This document shows positions 1-10,065 of a DNA stretch of 39,424 nt, piece after piece (the first letter of the stretch is position 1; the number at the start of each line of letters is the position of its first letter). Made by a program: the position numbers and the translations under genes. Source of the stretch: Thainema sp. (lineage in GTDB: Bacteria; Cyanobacteriota; Cyanobacteriia; Phormidesmidales; Phormidesmidaceae); the NCBI GenBank assembly GCA_052168235.1, contig JBQLZK010000066.1, positions 1 through 39,424 on the forward strand, in the 5' to 3' direction. The notes beneath the pieces were generated by a model. It was not told where the DNA came from and searched no databases. It saw nothing but the letters and a program-made list of their open reading frames with translations.

Positions 1-63
1 TCAGGAGGGTCGGTCTACCTCTCTTCTCTCAACATACAAGGAGTGAGGCGTGAGGAGTAAAAG

Positions 64-108
64 GGCTGTAAAGGCTGTAGAGGCTGTAGAGGCTGTAGAG
101 GCTGTAGA
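64..108. repeat. Tandem 9-mer GGCTGTAGA x5 (first copy GGCTGTAAA)
   Basis: Directly visible in a purine-rich stretch downstream of the rep-like gene. Confidence 0.9.
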
Positions 109-324
109 GAAAGCTGAGGAGAGTAAGGGGAGAAAGAGGGGCAACGGGAGCAGGGGAGCAAAGAGTAGGGTGCTGTATAACCTCTTCGGAGATAGTCTAC
201 GCCAAAGCGAAGCGTAAACATATTGAGAAAATCATAGAGGCGGTAAGAGCGGCAAAGAAAATTGGGGAAACGGAAGATTTAGTAGGAATTGTTGCAACGT
301 AAAACATACGGTCAAACCTTGAAA

Positions 325-2478
325 TCATGGAGGAGAAAGGGTTCTGGGTTCTAGGGCAAAGTTGGGGGAAACGTTTCCCCAAGATTGAACAGGAAGCTGG
401 TGAATCAGCTCAATTAGCGCTTGAATGCGCTGGTCGAGGTTTTCAGATAATGCCTTGTCAGTAGGTGTAGTCAGAGGACTCAGTGGCAGCAGGCTGTGGA
501 GTTTGCTCAAAACAGACGTTGGCAGATTAGTTAGGTGCGAAAAGCAGGTTTCAAATTGCGATCGCACTATTCCTGTCAGGCGCAACATTCCTAACTGACA
601 CTGACGCAGAATGGACAACTCAATAGGCAATTCTGACGATTCGGGCGATTCAATAGCCGTAAGTTGCTCTATATATCGGCTAAAGTCATGATTCAAGTTA
701 TGACCAAAATTACAACCTTGAAACTGGCTAAATTGCAGCAGCGGAATAGCAGCTAAAGTCTTGTCCCGCTTGGGGTTACACCCTGACAACTGTAATAAGC
801 TTGTACAGTTTGTGTAGCGTAGGTCAAGCTGGGTTCTATCCTTTGCGCTCAGATTATTGCAGATATTAACAAGCCAATCAGGATTTGAGTCTTTGATCTC
901 ATTTAAATTCTTTAAAGTCTCTGCTCTATTTAAACTTTTTAGCGATCTCAAACTATCCAAATCCAGGTTCAGATTATCTAGATCCAAACTCAGATCATTC
1001 AGATCATTAAAACTCAAACTCAGACCATCTAGACTCCAAATCTCTAAATTCAAACCTTTATTCAGATCTATATTCAGATTTTCTAAATCTTGTGTTCTTG
1101 CAACCTTTACATCATCCAGACTTCTCAAGCTTTCTATAGCCAAATTCTGTTTCCAACATTCTTCTATATTTTGAGCAGCGTTTGGAACTTTAAATTCTTT
1201 AGGATGCCAAAGATCCAGATGACGATACAGAGAACTGCCACCAATTCCATAAACCTTAGTTAGTTTATTGAATCGTTCAGTTGCTCGATCTGGAAATTGA
1301 TCCAGCTTTTGCATTTCTAATACAGCGTTCTGGATCTTGTTGCGTGTTTGGTCAAACTGCTGTTGATTCCAGTCAGAGCGAGGCTTTGGAGTATTTTCTA
1401 AACCAAGCTTTGTGGTCACATCTTTGTAGTGTAATTCGTAGTGTAATCCATAGTGAAAGTAGTGACTCTTTTCCACAGAGCGTGCCCAGTCCGCCGCTCG
1501 TTGAGCGATTTCGTGCTGGTGTTGACACCACTCTTTGTAACCTGGTAGCGACTGAGCCACAGCGACGATTTGATTAACCAGGGCTGGTCCGGCCAACGGT
1601 TCGCCACCATGCAAAATGTGGTGAAAGATATAGGCTCGCATAGCGATTCGGCCCAGCAGTCGATTGGTTTGACCGTAACTCGACCAGCCCGCTTCAATTT
1701 CAGCATTGAGATCCTGGATAAACTTTTTTGCTCCGCCCGAAATTGGCTGAAACCCTTGCCACGTTTGCTTGAGATATCGGGTGAGCGTTTTTGTCTCAAG
1801 CGTATTTGCTTGTCTCGCACTGTGCCACTGTCTAACAAACGTATCTGAACTGCTCCAAATTGGCTGTAGATCAGCATTGAGCAGATAAGAGCCAATCTGA
1901 AGTGGTAAGCGATGAGCGTGATACAGCGTCGGCTTACCAGCCCGGTTGTAAGACTTGGGATTGGGAAATAGCTCTAACTGCCCTGGATAGAGCTTAAAGC
2001 CCGCTTGCTGGAGCATATGGGCCATGACGCGGGCAAGTTTCCAAGAGGGTAGTGCCTGGGTAAACGGGAAATACAAATGCAGTCCGCCGCTGTTACTGGA
2101 CGTGCAAATGACGGAACGCACCAGTCCTAGCGGCTCTAGCGCCACCATGATGCGTGAGACAGCAAAAGAGTCTCGCTGCGGGTGATAAGGGCTGGTGATA
2201 TCAATATCAAGCAGAGCATAGGACGTGGTGGAACCAAACCGAACGCCGTATAAGTATCCACCTTGCTGGATAATGCGGTCAGACAGAGGGTGACGGCTTT
2301 CAGTGTGCCAGTTTGGCTTGCATCCAGTCTCTGGAAAAGGGGCGTAGATATAGTCGTAGCGATGCGGAAATAACGCGAGAAACGGATTGTCTTGTTCTCG
2401 CACGTATTCAAATCGTTCCGCGATCGCACTTGCCGAAATATCGCACCTCCAAAGAGCAGCAGTTTGCGCCGCAAGCAT
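325..2478 (-). CDS. Putative plasmid replication protein: N-terminal AEP primase-polymerase-like domain, PriCT-like helical region, HTH-like segment, low-complexity tail
   Basis: 717-aa ORF. AEP-like motifs YALLDID (DxD), SNSGGLHLY, ELFPN and HRLPLQ. HTH-like ATERFNKLTKVYGIGGSSLYRH. Sits next to a large repeat-filled non-coding region. Function is inferred. Confidence 0.65.
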   Translation of the reverse strand: MLAAQTAALWRCDISASAIAERFEYVREQDNPFLALFPHRYDYIYAPFPETGCKPNWHTESRHPLSDRIIQQGGYLYGVRFGSTTSYALLDIDITSPYHPQRDSFAVSRIMVALEPLGLVRSVICTSSNSGGLHLYFPFTQALPSWKLARVMAHMLQQAGFKLYPGQLELFPNPKSYNRAGKPTLYHAHRLPLQIGSYLLNADLQPIWSSSDTFVRQWHSARQANTLETKTLTRYLKQTWQGFQPISGGAKKFIQDLNAEIEAGWSSYGQTNRLLGRIAMRAYIFHHILHGGEPLAGPALVNQIVAVAQSLPGYKEWCQHQHEIAQRAADWARSVEKSHYFHYGLHYELHYKDVTTKLGLENTPKPRSDWNQQQFDQTRNKIQNAVLEMQKLDQFPDRATERFNKLTKVYGIGGSSLYRHLDLWHPKEFKVPNAAQNIEECWKQNLAIESLRSLDDVKVARTQDLENLNIDLNKGLNLEIWSLDGLSLSFNDLNDLSLDLDNLNLDLDSLRSLKSLNRAETLKNLNEIKDSNPDWLVNICNNLSAKDRTQLDLRYTNCTSLLQLSGCNPKRDKTLAAIPLLQFSQFQGCNFGHNLNHDFSRYIEQLTAIESPESSELPIELSILRQCQLGMLRLTGIVRSQFETCFSHLTNLPTSVLSKLHSLLPLSPLTTPTDKALSENLDQRIQALIELIHQLPVQSWGNVSPNFALEPRTLSPP

Positions 2479-2588
2479 TGTCCCAGAAGGGATTTCAGCC
2501 CATTTGGAGAGAGATTTTTTATTTTAAACTTATTAGCTTGTCTCACTTGGCTCAATGCCAAGCCCAGCCAGCGTTTCAGATTTTAGTA

Positions 2589-4252
2589 GTGAGACAACAC
2601 GGAGACAAAGTGACACGATACAGAGCTATAGGTGATGTAATACAGAGTTATTTGTCTTATTCCAAAACCTTTGCCCTGCTTAAATTACAGCCGTTTTTAC
2701 CCGTGAACTTGAGATCAGACAAGACAGAGATTTACAGCAAAAGAGACGGGGTGGCAGAAGACAATCAATCATTCTGTTGAAGTAAAAGTAGCTGTAAGGC
2801 TTGCAGAACAAGCAATTTGGCAAATCTCCGAAGATTGAGACAAAAGTGAGCTGATGCGGAGATGCTTGTCTTTGTTGATGAGGTGATGTGAAGCGCGATC
2901 TCAGAACCAGCAAAAAGCTCGCAACTCATTTGGTAGCGATAATATTGCTTGATTACACTAACATTACACTACAAATAAAAGCAGTATTTTAAGCTGTTTA
3001 ACATTTCGGCTAAGTGGCAGCTAATCGTTATGTCCTAAGGCTTTTAGGCAACATAGCTACATAGATCTCACAACCTTAATAATGAATATTTCGAGATTCA
3101 GTGAGGTTAGATGACGCATTCAGTTGTGCTGCTTGAGTTAGACCGGATTCGATAAGGCATCACATCGTGAATTCTGGTTCAAATTTAGTGAGCCGATACG
3201 GAGATTTATGTCTTGTCTTAGAAAAGCAGTTGTCTTATCAGTTACTCGGTTGATATGGCTTGGCATCAGACCGCAAAGTGAGTGAATACGGAGCCGACTG
3301 TCTAATATGGCTTGGCAGTACTCAATTTGGCTTTAGCACTATTAGTGATGGGATGCGGATTACGTTGTCTCGTCTAAGTCTTACCGTGTACAAGCACAGG
3401 GCAAAGTAGCTAATTTTTCGCTGGATCAACGGCTTACAGGCGCTTTCAACCGTTGAGGATGAGACAACCTGAAGACGACGCTGCCGCCGATGTTCGCCGT
3501 TCCGCACTTGGATTGAGACAAGTGTTCAGTAAAACAAGTGAGCTGATACGGAGATTTTTGTCTGTTAACTGAGCGGCGCTCAAGTACCAAAAAGAGGACT
3601 GAAAACAGGCTCTATCAGCGCTTAATCAACCAGTGAGCCAATACGGAGATTTTTGTCTTGTCTTTAAAGTGAGACAAACTGAGACTTTTGATGTCGCCTC
3701 ATGTATAGCAGAGTCTGAATTTTTGGATTTGAAAGTGATGAGATACGGAAATATTAGTGATGCAATGCGGAGCATGTTGTCTGATGCACATTGATTTATA
3801 TCAGATTGTTAAGTAGATCAAGGTGGGCACGCATAGAGAGGACGAGTTAGAGATCAAGGGTTAAACATTGCTTGGCTCCAAAGATTAATACAAGAGCCAG
3901 AGAGAAAAGTGCGATCGCATCTATCAGATTCCAAAAGAAGAGTTCAAAGGATTTCGGCCTATAAAGCGCCACCTGCTGCGATTGAGACAAACCCCAAAGC
4001 GTGATCACAGTCTCAAAGGTGAGCTGATACGGAGTATGTTGTCTCATTTGTCTGATTCCTGGTTGAGACAGCTCTGGGTGGCAGGTTGTTCTGAATGTGT
4101 CAACTCCCTACAGGACAGTAAATTGCCGCGAGACTGAGACTGCTTTAATCGAATCGTGGTGCAAGAGTGATGCGATACGGAGTTTGCTCTAAATAGCTTG
4201 TCTCAGCTCTTAGTTGCAGAACTGTAGTAAATCGATACGGAGATATTGCTAG
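2589..4252 (+). repeat. Dispersed direct-repeat array (iteron-like), consensus GTGA-N3-RATRCGGAG-N5-TGTCT, 14 copies
   Basis: Copies start at 2589, 2610, 2632, 2846, 3188, 3278, 3345, 3538, 3633, 3735, 3757, 4019, 4167 and 4227, all in the same orientation. Nine retain the terminal TGTCT. Confidence 0.85.
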
Positions 4253-4402
4253 AGGTTGTCTCAGGAATGAGATATAAGGTTTGCTACAGATCAAGCCTTG
4301 AACCATAAGATTTTATTTTGGTTTGCATCAAAAATAATCACGATGCTAGTGATTACAGTTGATTCGTTTTGTGGTTAGATAATTTTTAATGTAAATCTTT
4401 TA

Positions 4403-4426
4403 ATTCATAGATTTAAGTCTATGAAT
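4403..4426. promoter_or_regulatory. CcmR/NdhR (LysR-type) operator ATAG-N8-CTAT upstream of bicA
   Basis: attcATAGatttaagtCTATgaat, core at 4407-4422. Matches the established NdhR/CcmR consensus, and bicA/mnh operons are known CcmR targets. Confidence 0.75.
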
Positions 4427-4560
4427 AAGCTTTCAATTTCTTCAGGCTAGTTTCGTGCAAGCCGTCTTTGCCGGAATTAGCGATCGCACAAGTTTGCACA
4501 GGTTTGTGGATTTGCTCTTTTGAAGACTTAGTCCAAATATATAGTTCGGTGGTCTAAGCC

Positions 4561-6264
4561 ATGCAACTTACCAATAGGATTCATTTTAGAAATTTGAGGG
4601 GTGACATCTTTGGGGGTGTCACTGCCGCAGTTATTGCCTTGCCGATGGCGCTTGCCTTCGGTGTTGCTTCAGGTGCCGGTGCCGTCGCTGGTCTCTGGGG
4701 TGCGGTTTTAGTCGGATTTTTTGCAGCATTGTTTGGTGGAACTCCCACCCTGATTTCAGAGCCAACTGGCCCGATGACGGTTGTAATGACTGCCGTTATC
4801 GCCAATCTAACAGCGGCTGATCCAGAAAACGGGATGGCGATGGCCTTTACCGTTGTGATGCTGGCTGGGGTTTTCCAGATTATTTTTGGAGCGCTGCGGC
4901 TGGGTAAATACGTCACGATGATGCCCTATACGGTGATTTCGGGCTTTATGTCCGGTATTGGCGTCATTCTGGTGATTTTGCAGCTAGCACCGTTCTTAGG
5001 ACAGGCTAGTCCGGCAGGGGGCGTTGTTGGGACGCTGCGTAGCATACCGGATTTGATTGCCAATATGCAGCCTGCCGAGACCGTGTTAGCGGTTGTGACG
5101 GTGGCGATTATCTGGTTTATGCCCTCGCGGTTTAAGAAGATTGTGCCGCCTCAGCTAGTTGCGCTGATCTTCGGTACGGTCTTGTCCTTGATGTTGTTCC
5201 CCGGTGTTGATATTCGTCGGATTGGCGAAATTCCGGCTGGCTTCCCCGCGTTGCAAGTGCCAACCTTCAGCCCTGATCAGCTACAGCTAATGCTTGTGGA
5301 TGCGGCTGTACTGGGGATGCTGGGCTGTATTGATGCACTGCTGACTTCTCTGGTGGCAGACAGCTTGACTCGGACTGAGCACGATTCCAATAAAGAGCTG
5401 ATTGGTCAAGGTTTAGGTAACTTAGCGTCTGGCTTATTTGGTGGTATCGCAGGCGCGGGTGCCACAATGGGTACGGTAGTTAACATCCAAACTGGCGGTC
5501 GGACGGCGCTTTCGGGTTTAACTCGTGCGGGTGTCCTGCTGGTTGTGATTCTGGGTGCAGCAAACCTAGCTGCCATGATTCCTCTAGCTGTACTGGCAGG
5601 TATTGCGCTCAAAGTTGGTATCGACATCATTGACTGGGGCTTTTTGAAGCGAGCGCATAAGGTTTCCGTTAAGGGCGCTCTGATTATGTACGGGGTGATT
5701 ATCCTGACGGTCTTGGTTGACCTGATTGCAGCAGTAGGGATTGGTGTCTTCGTTGCCAATATCCTGACGATTGAGCGGATGAGCAATCTGCATTCTGAGT
5801 CTGTGCAGGCGATTACGGATTCCGATGATGCCATTACGCTAAATGCTAACGAAAAGCGCTGGTTAGATGAAGCCGATGGTCGCGTTCTGCTGTTCCAACT
5901 CAGCGGTCCGATGATCTTTGGTGTGGCGAAGGCCATTTCGCGCGAGCACAATGCGGTTTCCTACTGTGACTCCATTGTGTTTGACGTAACCGATGTGCCT
6001 CACATGGGTGTGACGGCAGCGTTAGCGCTAGAAAATGCCATCCAAGAAGCAATTGAAAAAGGGCGTCAGGTGTTTGTCGTCGGTGCAACGGGTCAAACCC
6101 TGCGACGCCTTGAAAAGCTTGGTATTACCGAACTGGTTCCTGCACACCACTTCTATATCGATCGGGCAGAAGCACTCAAAATTGCAGTGACCTCTCTGTA
6201 TCAGCCTGCAGAATCCAACCTTTTAGAGGCTGGCGCACAAAGTGCGATCGCACCTGAACGGTAA
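4561..6264 (+). CDS. bicA: Na+-dependent bicarbonate transporter BicA (SulP family, C-terminal STAS domain)
   Basis: N-terminus MQLTNRIHFRNLRGDIFGGVTAAVIALPMALAFG, plus SEPTGPM, GAGATMGTVVN and STAS LSGPMIFG. Confidence 0.93.
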   Translation: MQLTNRIHFRNLRGDIFGGVTAAVIALPMALAFGVASGAGAVAGLWGAVLVGFFAALFGGTPTLISEPTGPMTVVMTAVIANLTAADPENGMAMAFTVVMLAGVFQIIFGALRLGKYVTMMPYTVISGFMSGIGVILVILQLAPFLGQASPAGGVVGTLRSIPDLIANMQPAETVLAVVTVAIIWFMPSRFKKIVPPQLVALIFGTVLSLMLFPGVDIRRIGEIPAGFPALQVPTFSPDQLQLMLVDAAVLGMLGCIDALLTSLVADSLTRTEHDSNKELIGQGLGNLASGLFGGIAGAGATMGTVVNIQTGGRTALSGLTRAGVLLVVILGAANLAAMIPLAVLAGIALKVGIDIIDWGFLKRAHKVSVKGALIMYGVIILTVLVDLIAAVGIGVFVANILTIERMSNLHSESVQAITDSDDAITLNANEKRWLDEADGRVLLFQLSGPMIFGVAKAISREHNAVSYCDSIVFDVTDVPHMGVTAALALENAIQEAIEKGRQVFVVGATGQTLRRLEKLGITELVPAHHFYIDRAEALKIAVTSLYQPAESNLLEAGAQSAIAPER

Positions 6265-6303
6265 TCGTTAACTCCAGCTTTCTCCCTTTCATAAAGAGAG
6301 AAA

Positions 6304-6402
6304 CTCTCACCCTAGCCCTAGCCCTCGGGGAGAGGGAACAAGAAAAGAAAGTAAAGGACTTCCGGCTCCCCTTTCCTGCGGGAGAGGGGCTGGGGGTGAG
6401 GG
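6304..6402. repeat. REP-like palindromic intergenic element (CTCACCC...GGGAGAGGG...GGGTGAGGG)
   Basis: Terminal inverted repeats and internal hairpins. A related copy lies at 12225-12308. Confidence 0.7.
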
Positions 6403-6435
6403 CAATCAAACGTTCTGTGTTTAAGACAAGCAATT

Positions 6436-7875
6436 ATGTTATCTAATCTTATTGCAAGTTTTCCGGTGAGCTGGGTTGATGTCTGGCCCTCAGCCCCGTT
6501 CCTCTTTGCTACAACGCCAGAATCTGAGTATGGTGCTTTTGTCCTGACGGGGGTGCTGCTGACCCTCGTGGTGATTTACATCATGAGCAAGCTAGGGGGC
6601 GAGCTGTCCAAGCGGCTAGATTTGCCGCCGGTGCTTGGCGAGCTAGTTGGTGGCGTCATCGTGGGTATCTCAGCCCTGCACCTGCTGGTGTTTCCCGAAA
6701 CGGGCGCAACGGCTGCTGATTCTATGCTGATGTCAGCGTTGCAGTGGCTCGGCAATCTGGATGCGGAAGCTGTCACTCATATCTTCCAAAGCCAGAGCGA
6801 GGTGATTTCGGTACTGGCGGAACTGGGCGTTATCGTTCTGCTCTTTGAAATTGGTCTAGAGTCTGACCTGCGGGAACTAGGCAAGGTTGGCTACCAAGCA
6901 GCGGTCGTGGCTGTGGTTGGTGTCGCGGCTCCCTTCATTCTCGGCACGGTTGGCTTAGTGATGCTGTTTCACGCCCCTGTGATTCCGTCGATCTTTGCGG
7001 GTGCAGCCCTCACGGCTACCAGTATTGGGATTACGTCAAAGGTTCTATCCGAACTGGGACATCTGAAATCCACGGAAGGCCAAATTATTGTCGGTGCAGC
7101 GGTTATTGATGACGTACTCGGCATTATCGTTCTGGCTGTTGTCGCTAGCTTGGCTAAGACGGGCGAAGTCGATCTGCTCAACGTTGTTTACCTGATTGTC
7201 AGTGCCAGTGCCTTCCTGTTGGGTGCCATCTTCTTAGGTAAGTTCTTCAACACCAGCTTTGTTGCGATCGCAGACAAACTGCAAACTCGTGGCGCATTGT
7301 TAATCCCAGCGTTCACGTTTGCGCTGGTGATGGCGTTCTTGGCGAATGTGATTCACTTAGAAGCAATCCTCGGTGCCTTTGCTGCGGGTTTGGTCTTGGA
7401 TGAAACCGACAAGCGCAAGGAACTGGATCAGCAGGTGATGCCAATTGCCGATATCCTGGTGCCCATTTTCTTCGTAACTGTCGGTGCGAAGGCTGACCTG
7501 AGCGTGTTGAATCCGGCTGTTGCTGAAAACCGCGCTGGCCTCATCATTGCCACCTTCTTAATCGCTGTAGCCATCATCGGTAAGGTGGTCACAGGTTGGG
7601 CGGTGTTCGGCAAGCCCGGTGTGAATCGCTTAGCGATTGGTGTTGGCATGATTCCACGAGGTGAAGTTGGCTTGGTGTTTGCCGGAATTGGTTCAGCCAG
7701 TGGCGTTCTAGATAAGCCCTTGGAAGCGGCCATCATCGTAATGGTAATTCTGACCACTTTCCTCGCACCGCCCATGTTGCAGTGGACATTGAAAGGCAGT
7801 CAGCCTGACGATGGCGAAGCGGTGACAGAAGAAGCCAAACCTGCCGCAGAACCAACCCTCTCGGTTACCAAGTAA
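6436..7875 (+). CDS. nhaS3: CPA2-family Na+/H+ antiporter (NhaS3/NapA-like)
   Basis: Motifs LLFEIGLESD, ATSIGIT, GAAVIDDVLG and GMIPRGEVG. Typical position between bicA and mrp. Confidence 0.85.
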   Translation: MLSNLIASFPVSWVDVWPSAPFLFATTPESEYGAFVLTGVLLTLVVIYIMSKLGGELSKRLDLPPVLGELVGGVIVGISALHLLVFPETGATAADSMLMSALQWLGNLDAEAVTHIFQSQSEVISVLAELGVIVLLFEIGLESDLRELGKVGYQAAVVAVVGVAAPFILGTVGLVMLFHAPVIPSIFAGAALTATSIGITSKVLSELGHLKSTEGQIIVGAAVIDDVLGIIVLAVVASLAKTGEVDLLNVVYLIVSASAFLLGAIFLGKFFNTSFVAIADKLQTRGALLIPAFTFALVMAFLANVIHLEAILGAFAAGLVLDETDKRKELDQQVMPIADILVPIFFVTVGAKADLSVLNPAVAENRAGLIIATFLIAVAIIGKVVTGWAVFGKPGVNRLAIGVGMIPRGEVGLVFAGIGSASGVLDKPLEAAIIVMVILTTFLAPPMLQWTLKGSQPDDGEAVTEEAKPAAEPTLSVTK

Positions 7876-7879
7876 TGTC

Positions 7880-8020
7880 GTAGGTTGGGTTGGGCAACGT
7901 GAAACCCAACAGTGTCAAGAGCTTGCCGGGTTTCGCTATCACTCAACCCAACCTACAGGATTACTCCAGATTAATTCGTTTTTACAGATGCGTCTTCACG
8001 GTGGGCAATGCCCACCCTAC
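7880..8020. repeat. GTAG-type REP/REPIN-like elements
   Basis: GTAGGTTGGGTTG (7880-7892) is inverted with CAACCCAACCTAC (7944-7956). A further GGTGGGCAATGCCCACCCTAC palindrome lies at 8000-8020. Confidence 0.7.
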
Positions 8021-8069
8021 GCTTTTATAAACCTTATATCTTGCTCCTCTCACCTGACTTAACTTAGCC

Positions 8070-8414
8070 ATGTCACTTTTAGAAGCATGTGTCTTTGCCA
8101 CCGTGATGTGTGGCTTTTTTGGCATCATCCTGAAAAAAAATTTGATGATGAAAATCATCTCGATGGACGTGATGAGCACCGGGGTGATTGCCTATTATGT
8201 CCTGTTTGCCGCCAAAGGAGGCTTATTTACGCCCATTCTTTCAGAGCGAACCACTGAATCGGTGGCATACGCTGATCCGGTGCCACAGGCTGTGATTTTG
8301 ACCTCAATCGTAATTGGCTTTTCGATTCAAGCGCTGATGCTAGTCGGTGTCATGAAGTTATCGAAAAATCACCCAACATTAGAAACGAGCGATATTGAAA
8401 AGCACGTTCAGTAA
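8070..8414 (+). CDS. mrpC: Mrp/Mnh antiporter subunit C
   Basis: 114 aa with ADPVPQAVILTSIVIG. Confidence 0.92.
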   Translation: MSLLEACVFATVMCGFFGIILKKNLMMKIISMDVMSTGVIAYYVLFAAKGGLFTPILSERTTESVAYADPVPQAVILTSIVIGFSIQALMLVGVMKLSKNHPTLETSDIEKHVQ

Positions 8415-8466
8415 AAAACAAGAGATTAATGCCGTTGGGACATTAGCGTAGCTATGCCCCGACTAT

Positions 8467-8556
8467 TACCAATCCTTTGCAAGACTGCACTGAACAAGGG
8501 GCTTAAACCCTTGCCCTATAAATGTTTATTCTGTTCATCCTCTATTTGGATTGGTA
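8467..8556. mobile_element. Small MITE-like element with TACCAATCC...GGATTGGTA terminal inverted repeats
   Basis: 9-bp terminal IRs and an internal CAAGGGGCTTAAACCCTTG hairpin. Lies in the enlarged mrpC-mrpD spacer. Confidence 0.5.
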
Positions 8557-8592
8557 TATGCCCAAAACATCATTGCGCATGACGATTAAGCC

Positions 8593-10050
8593 ATGAATAC
8601 GCTAACGATTGTCTGGATAGCACTGCCATTTTTCATTGGTTTCAGCATTTATCTGCTGCCCAAACTGGCGCGTTACTTAGCACTGGGAGTTGCTTTTGTC
8701 TCTTTGCTCTATGGGGTGCAGCGGCTGCTGGATCCAACAGTCTTGAATCTGCAACTGATTGACAACTTTGGAGTGACGCTGACCGTTGATTCGCTCAGTG
8801 GGTTCTTGATCCTGACCAATGGGTTAGTGACAGCAGCGGTGATTCTGTACTGCTGGCATCAGGGGAAAAGCAGCTTCTTCTATACCCAGATGATCATCCT
8901 GCATGGCAGCGTGAATTCAGCCTTTATTTGCGCAGATTTCATCAGCCTTTATGTGACCTTGGAATTAATCAGTATTGCAGCATTTTTGCTGATTACGTAT
9001 TCTCGGACTGATCGTTCTATCTGGGTGGGACTACGCTATCTGTTTGTTAGCAACACGGCGATGCTGTTCTACCTGATTGGAGCCGTATTGGTCTATCAGG
9101 CCAATCAGTCCTTTGCTTATGAAGGGTTGCGGACTGCGCCCAATGATGCGATCGCACTCATTGCTCTAGGTTTACTGACGAAAGGCGGCATTTTTGTCTC
9201 GGGTCTGTGGCTGCCGCTGACCCATTCTGAAGCGGATACTCCGGTGTCAGCGTTACTGTCAGGCGTGGTGATTAAAGCGGGTGTCTTTCCTCTGGTGCGC
9301 TGTGCGCTGCTGGTGGAAGAGATTGAACCAATTGTGCGGCTGTTTGGGGTCGGAACAGCGTTACTCGGCGTCAGCTATGCCATCTTTGAGAAAGATACGA
9401 AGCGGCTGTTGGCGTTTAGCACCTTGTCTCAGTTGGGGTTTGTGTTAGCAGCTCCCCAGGTGGGTGGTTTTTATGCTCTTACGCATGGACTGGTGAAATC
9501 GGCGCTGTTTCTGATTGCAGGCAACTTACCCAGTCGCAGCTTTAAGCAACTTCAGCAAGCGCCGATGGCGACACCCATTTGGTTGGTGCTGGTGATTGCT
9601 AGCTTCTCAATTTCTGGATTCCCTCTACTATCAGGGTTTGGGGCCAAAGTTTTGACGATGAAGAACCTGCTGCCGTGGCAGGTAGTAGTGATGAATATTG
9701 CCGCCTTGGGAACCGCGATCGCATTTGCCAAGTTTATCTTTTTGCCCCATCAGCCAGAATCCGAGGTTGATCCAGCGGCGGACTTGAAGCACAAACTTAA
9801 ACCTGGCTTTTGGCCCGCGATGTTTTTGCTGCTGGGTGGATTATTCGCTGCCAACGGAGTTTACTACGAAGCTTATTCGCTAGCAAACATTGTGAAGCCG
9901 TTGCTGACAATTGGTTTGGGCTGGCTAGCTTACGGCTTGATTTTCAGGCAATTGGTGTTCAGGCTGCCGCTCATCCTAGAAAAATTTGACCACTTAATTG
10001 GGGGAATGAGTCTGATGCTGATGTCGCTGTTTTGGATGGTGCTGGCCTGA
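8593..10050 (+). CDS. mrpD: Mrp antiporter subunit D, copy 1
   Basis: Antiporter-like membrane subunit with WLPLTHSEADTPVSALLSG and KDTKRLLAFST. 485 aa. Confidence 0.9.
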   Translation: MNTLTIVWIALPFFIGFSIYLLPKLARYLALGVAFVSLLYGVQRLLDPTVLNLQLIDNFGVTLTVDSLSGFLILTNGLVTAAVILYCWHQGKSSFFYTQMIILHGSVNSAFICADFISLYVTLELISIAAFLLITYSRTDRSIWVGLRYLFVSNTAMLFYLIGAVLVYQANQSFAYEGLRTAPNDAIALIALGLLTKGGIFVSGLWLPLTHSEADTPVSALLSGVVIKAGVFPLVRCALLVEEIEPIVRLFGVGTALLGVSYAIFEKDTKRLLAFSTLSQLGFVLAAPQVGGFYALTHGLVKSALFLIAGNLPSRSFKQLQQAPMATPIWLVLVIASFSISGFPLLSGFGAKVLTMKNLLPWQVVVMNIAALGTAIAFAKFIFLPHQPESEVDPAADLKHKLKPGFWPAMFLLLGGLFAANGVYYEAYSLANIVKPLLTIGLGWLAYGLIFRQLVFRLPLILEKFDHLIGGMSLMLMSLFWMVLA

Positions 10051-10065
10051 TTGGTTAGTTCAAGG

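Noticed and set aside
15..382. ORFs 15-221 and 197-382
   Set aside because: Low complexity (the PLQ run is the 9-mer repeat) with no supporting evidence.
2313..4047. Short ORFs in the origin-like region (2313-2780, 2680-2913, 3322-3507, 3847-4047)
   Set aside because: They translate the DNA repeats or overlap rep, and show no recognisable motif.
2589..4252. CRISPR array
   Set aside because: Repeats are degenerate and non-palindromic, spacing varies from 21 to 342 bp, and no cas genes are present.
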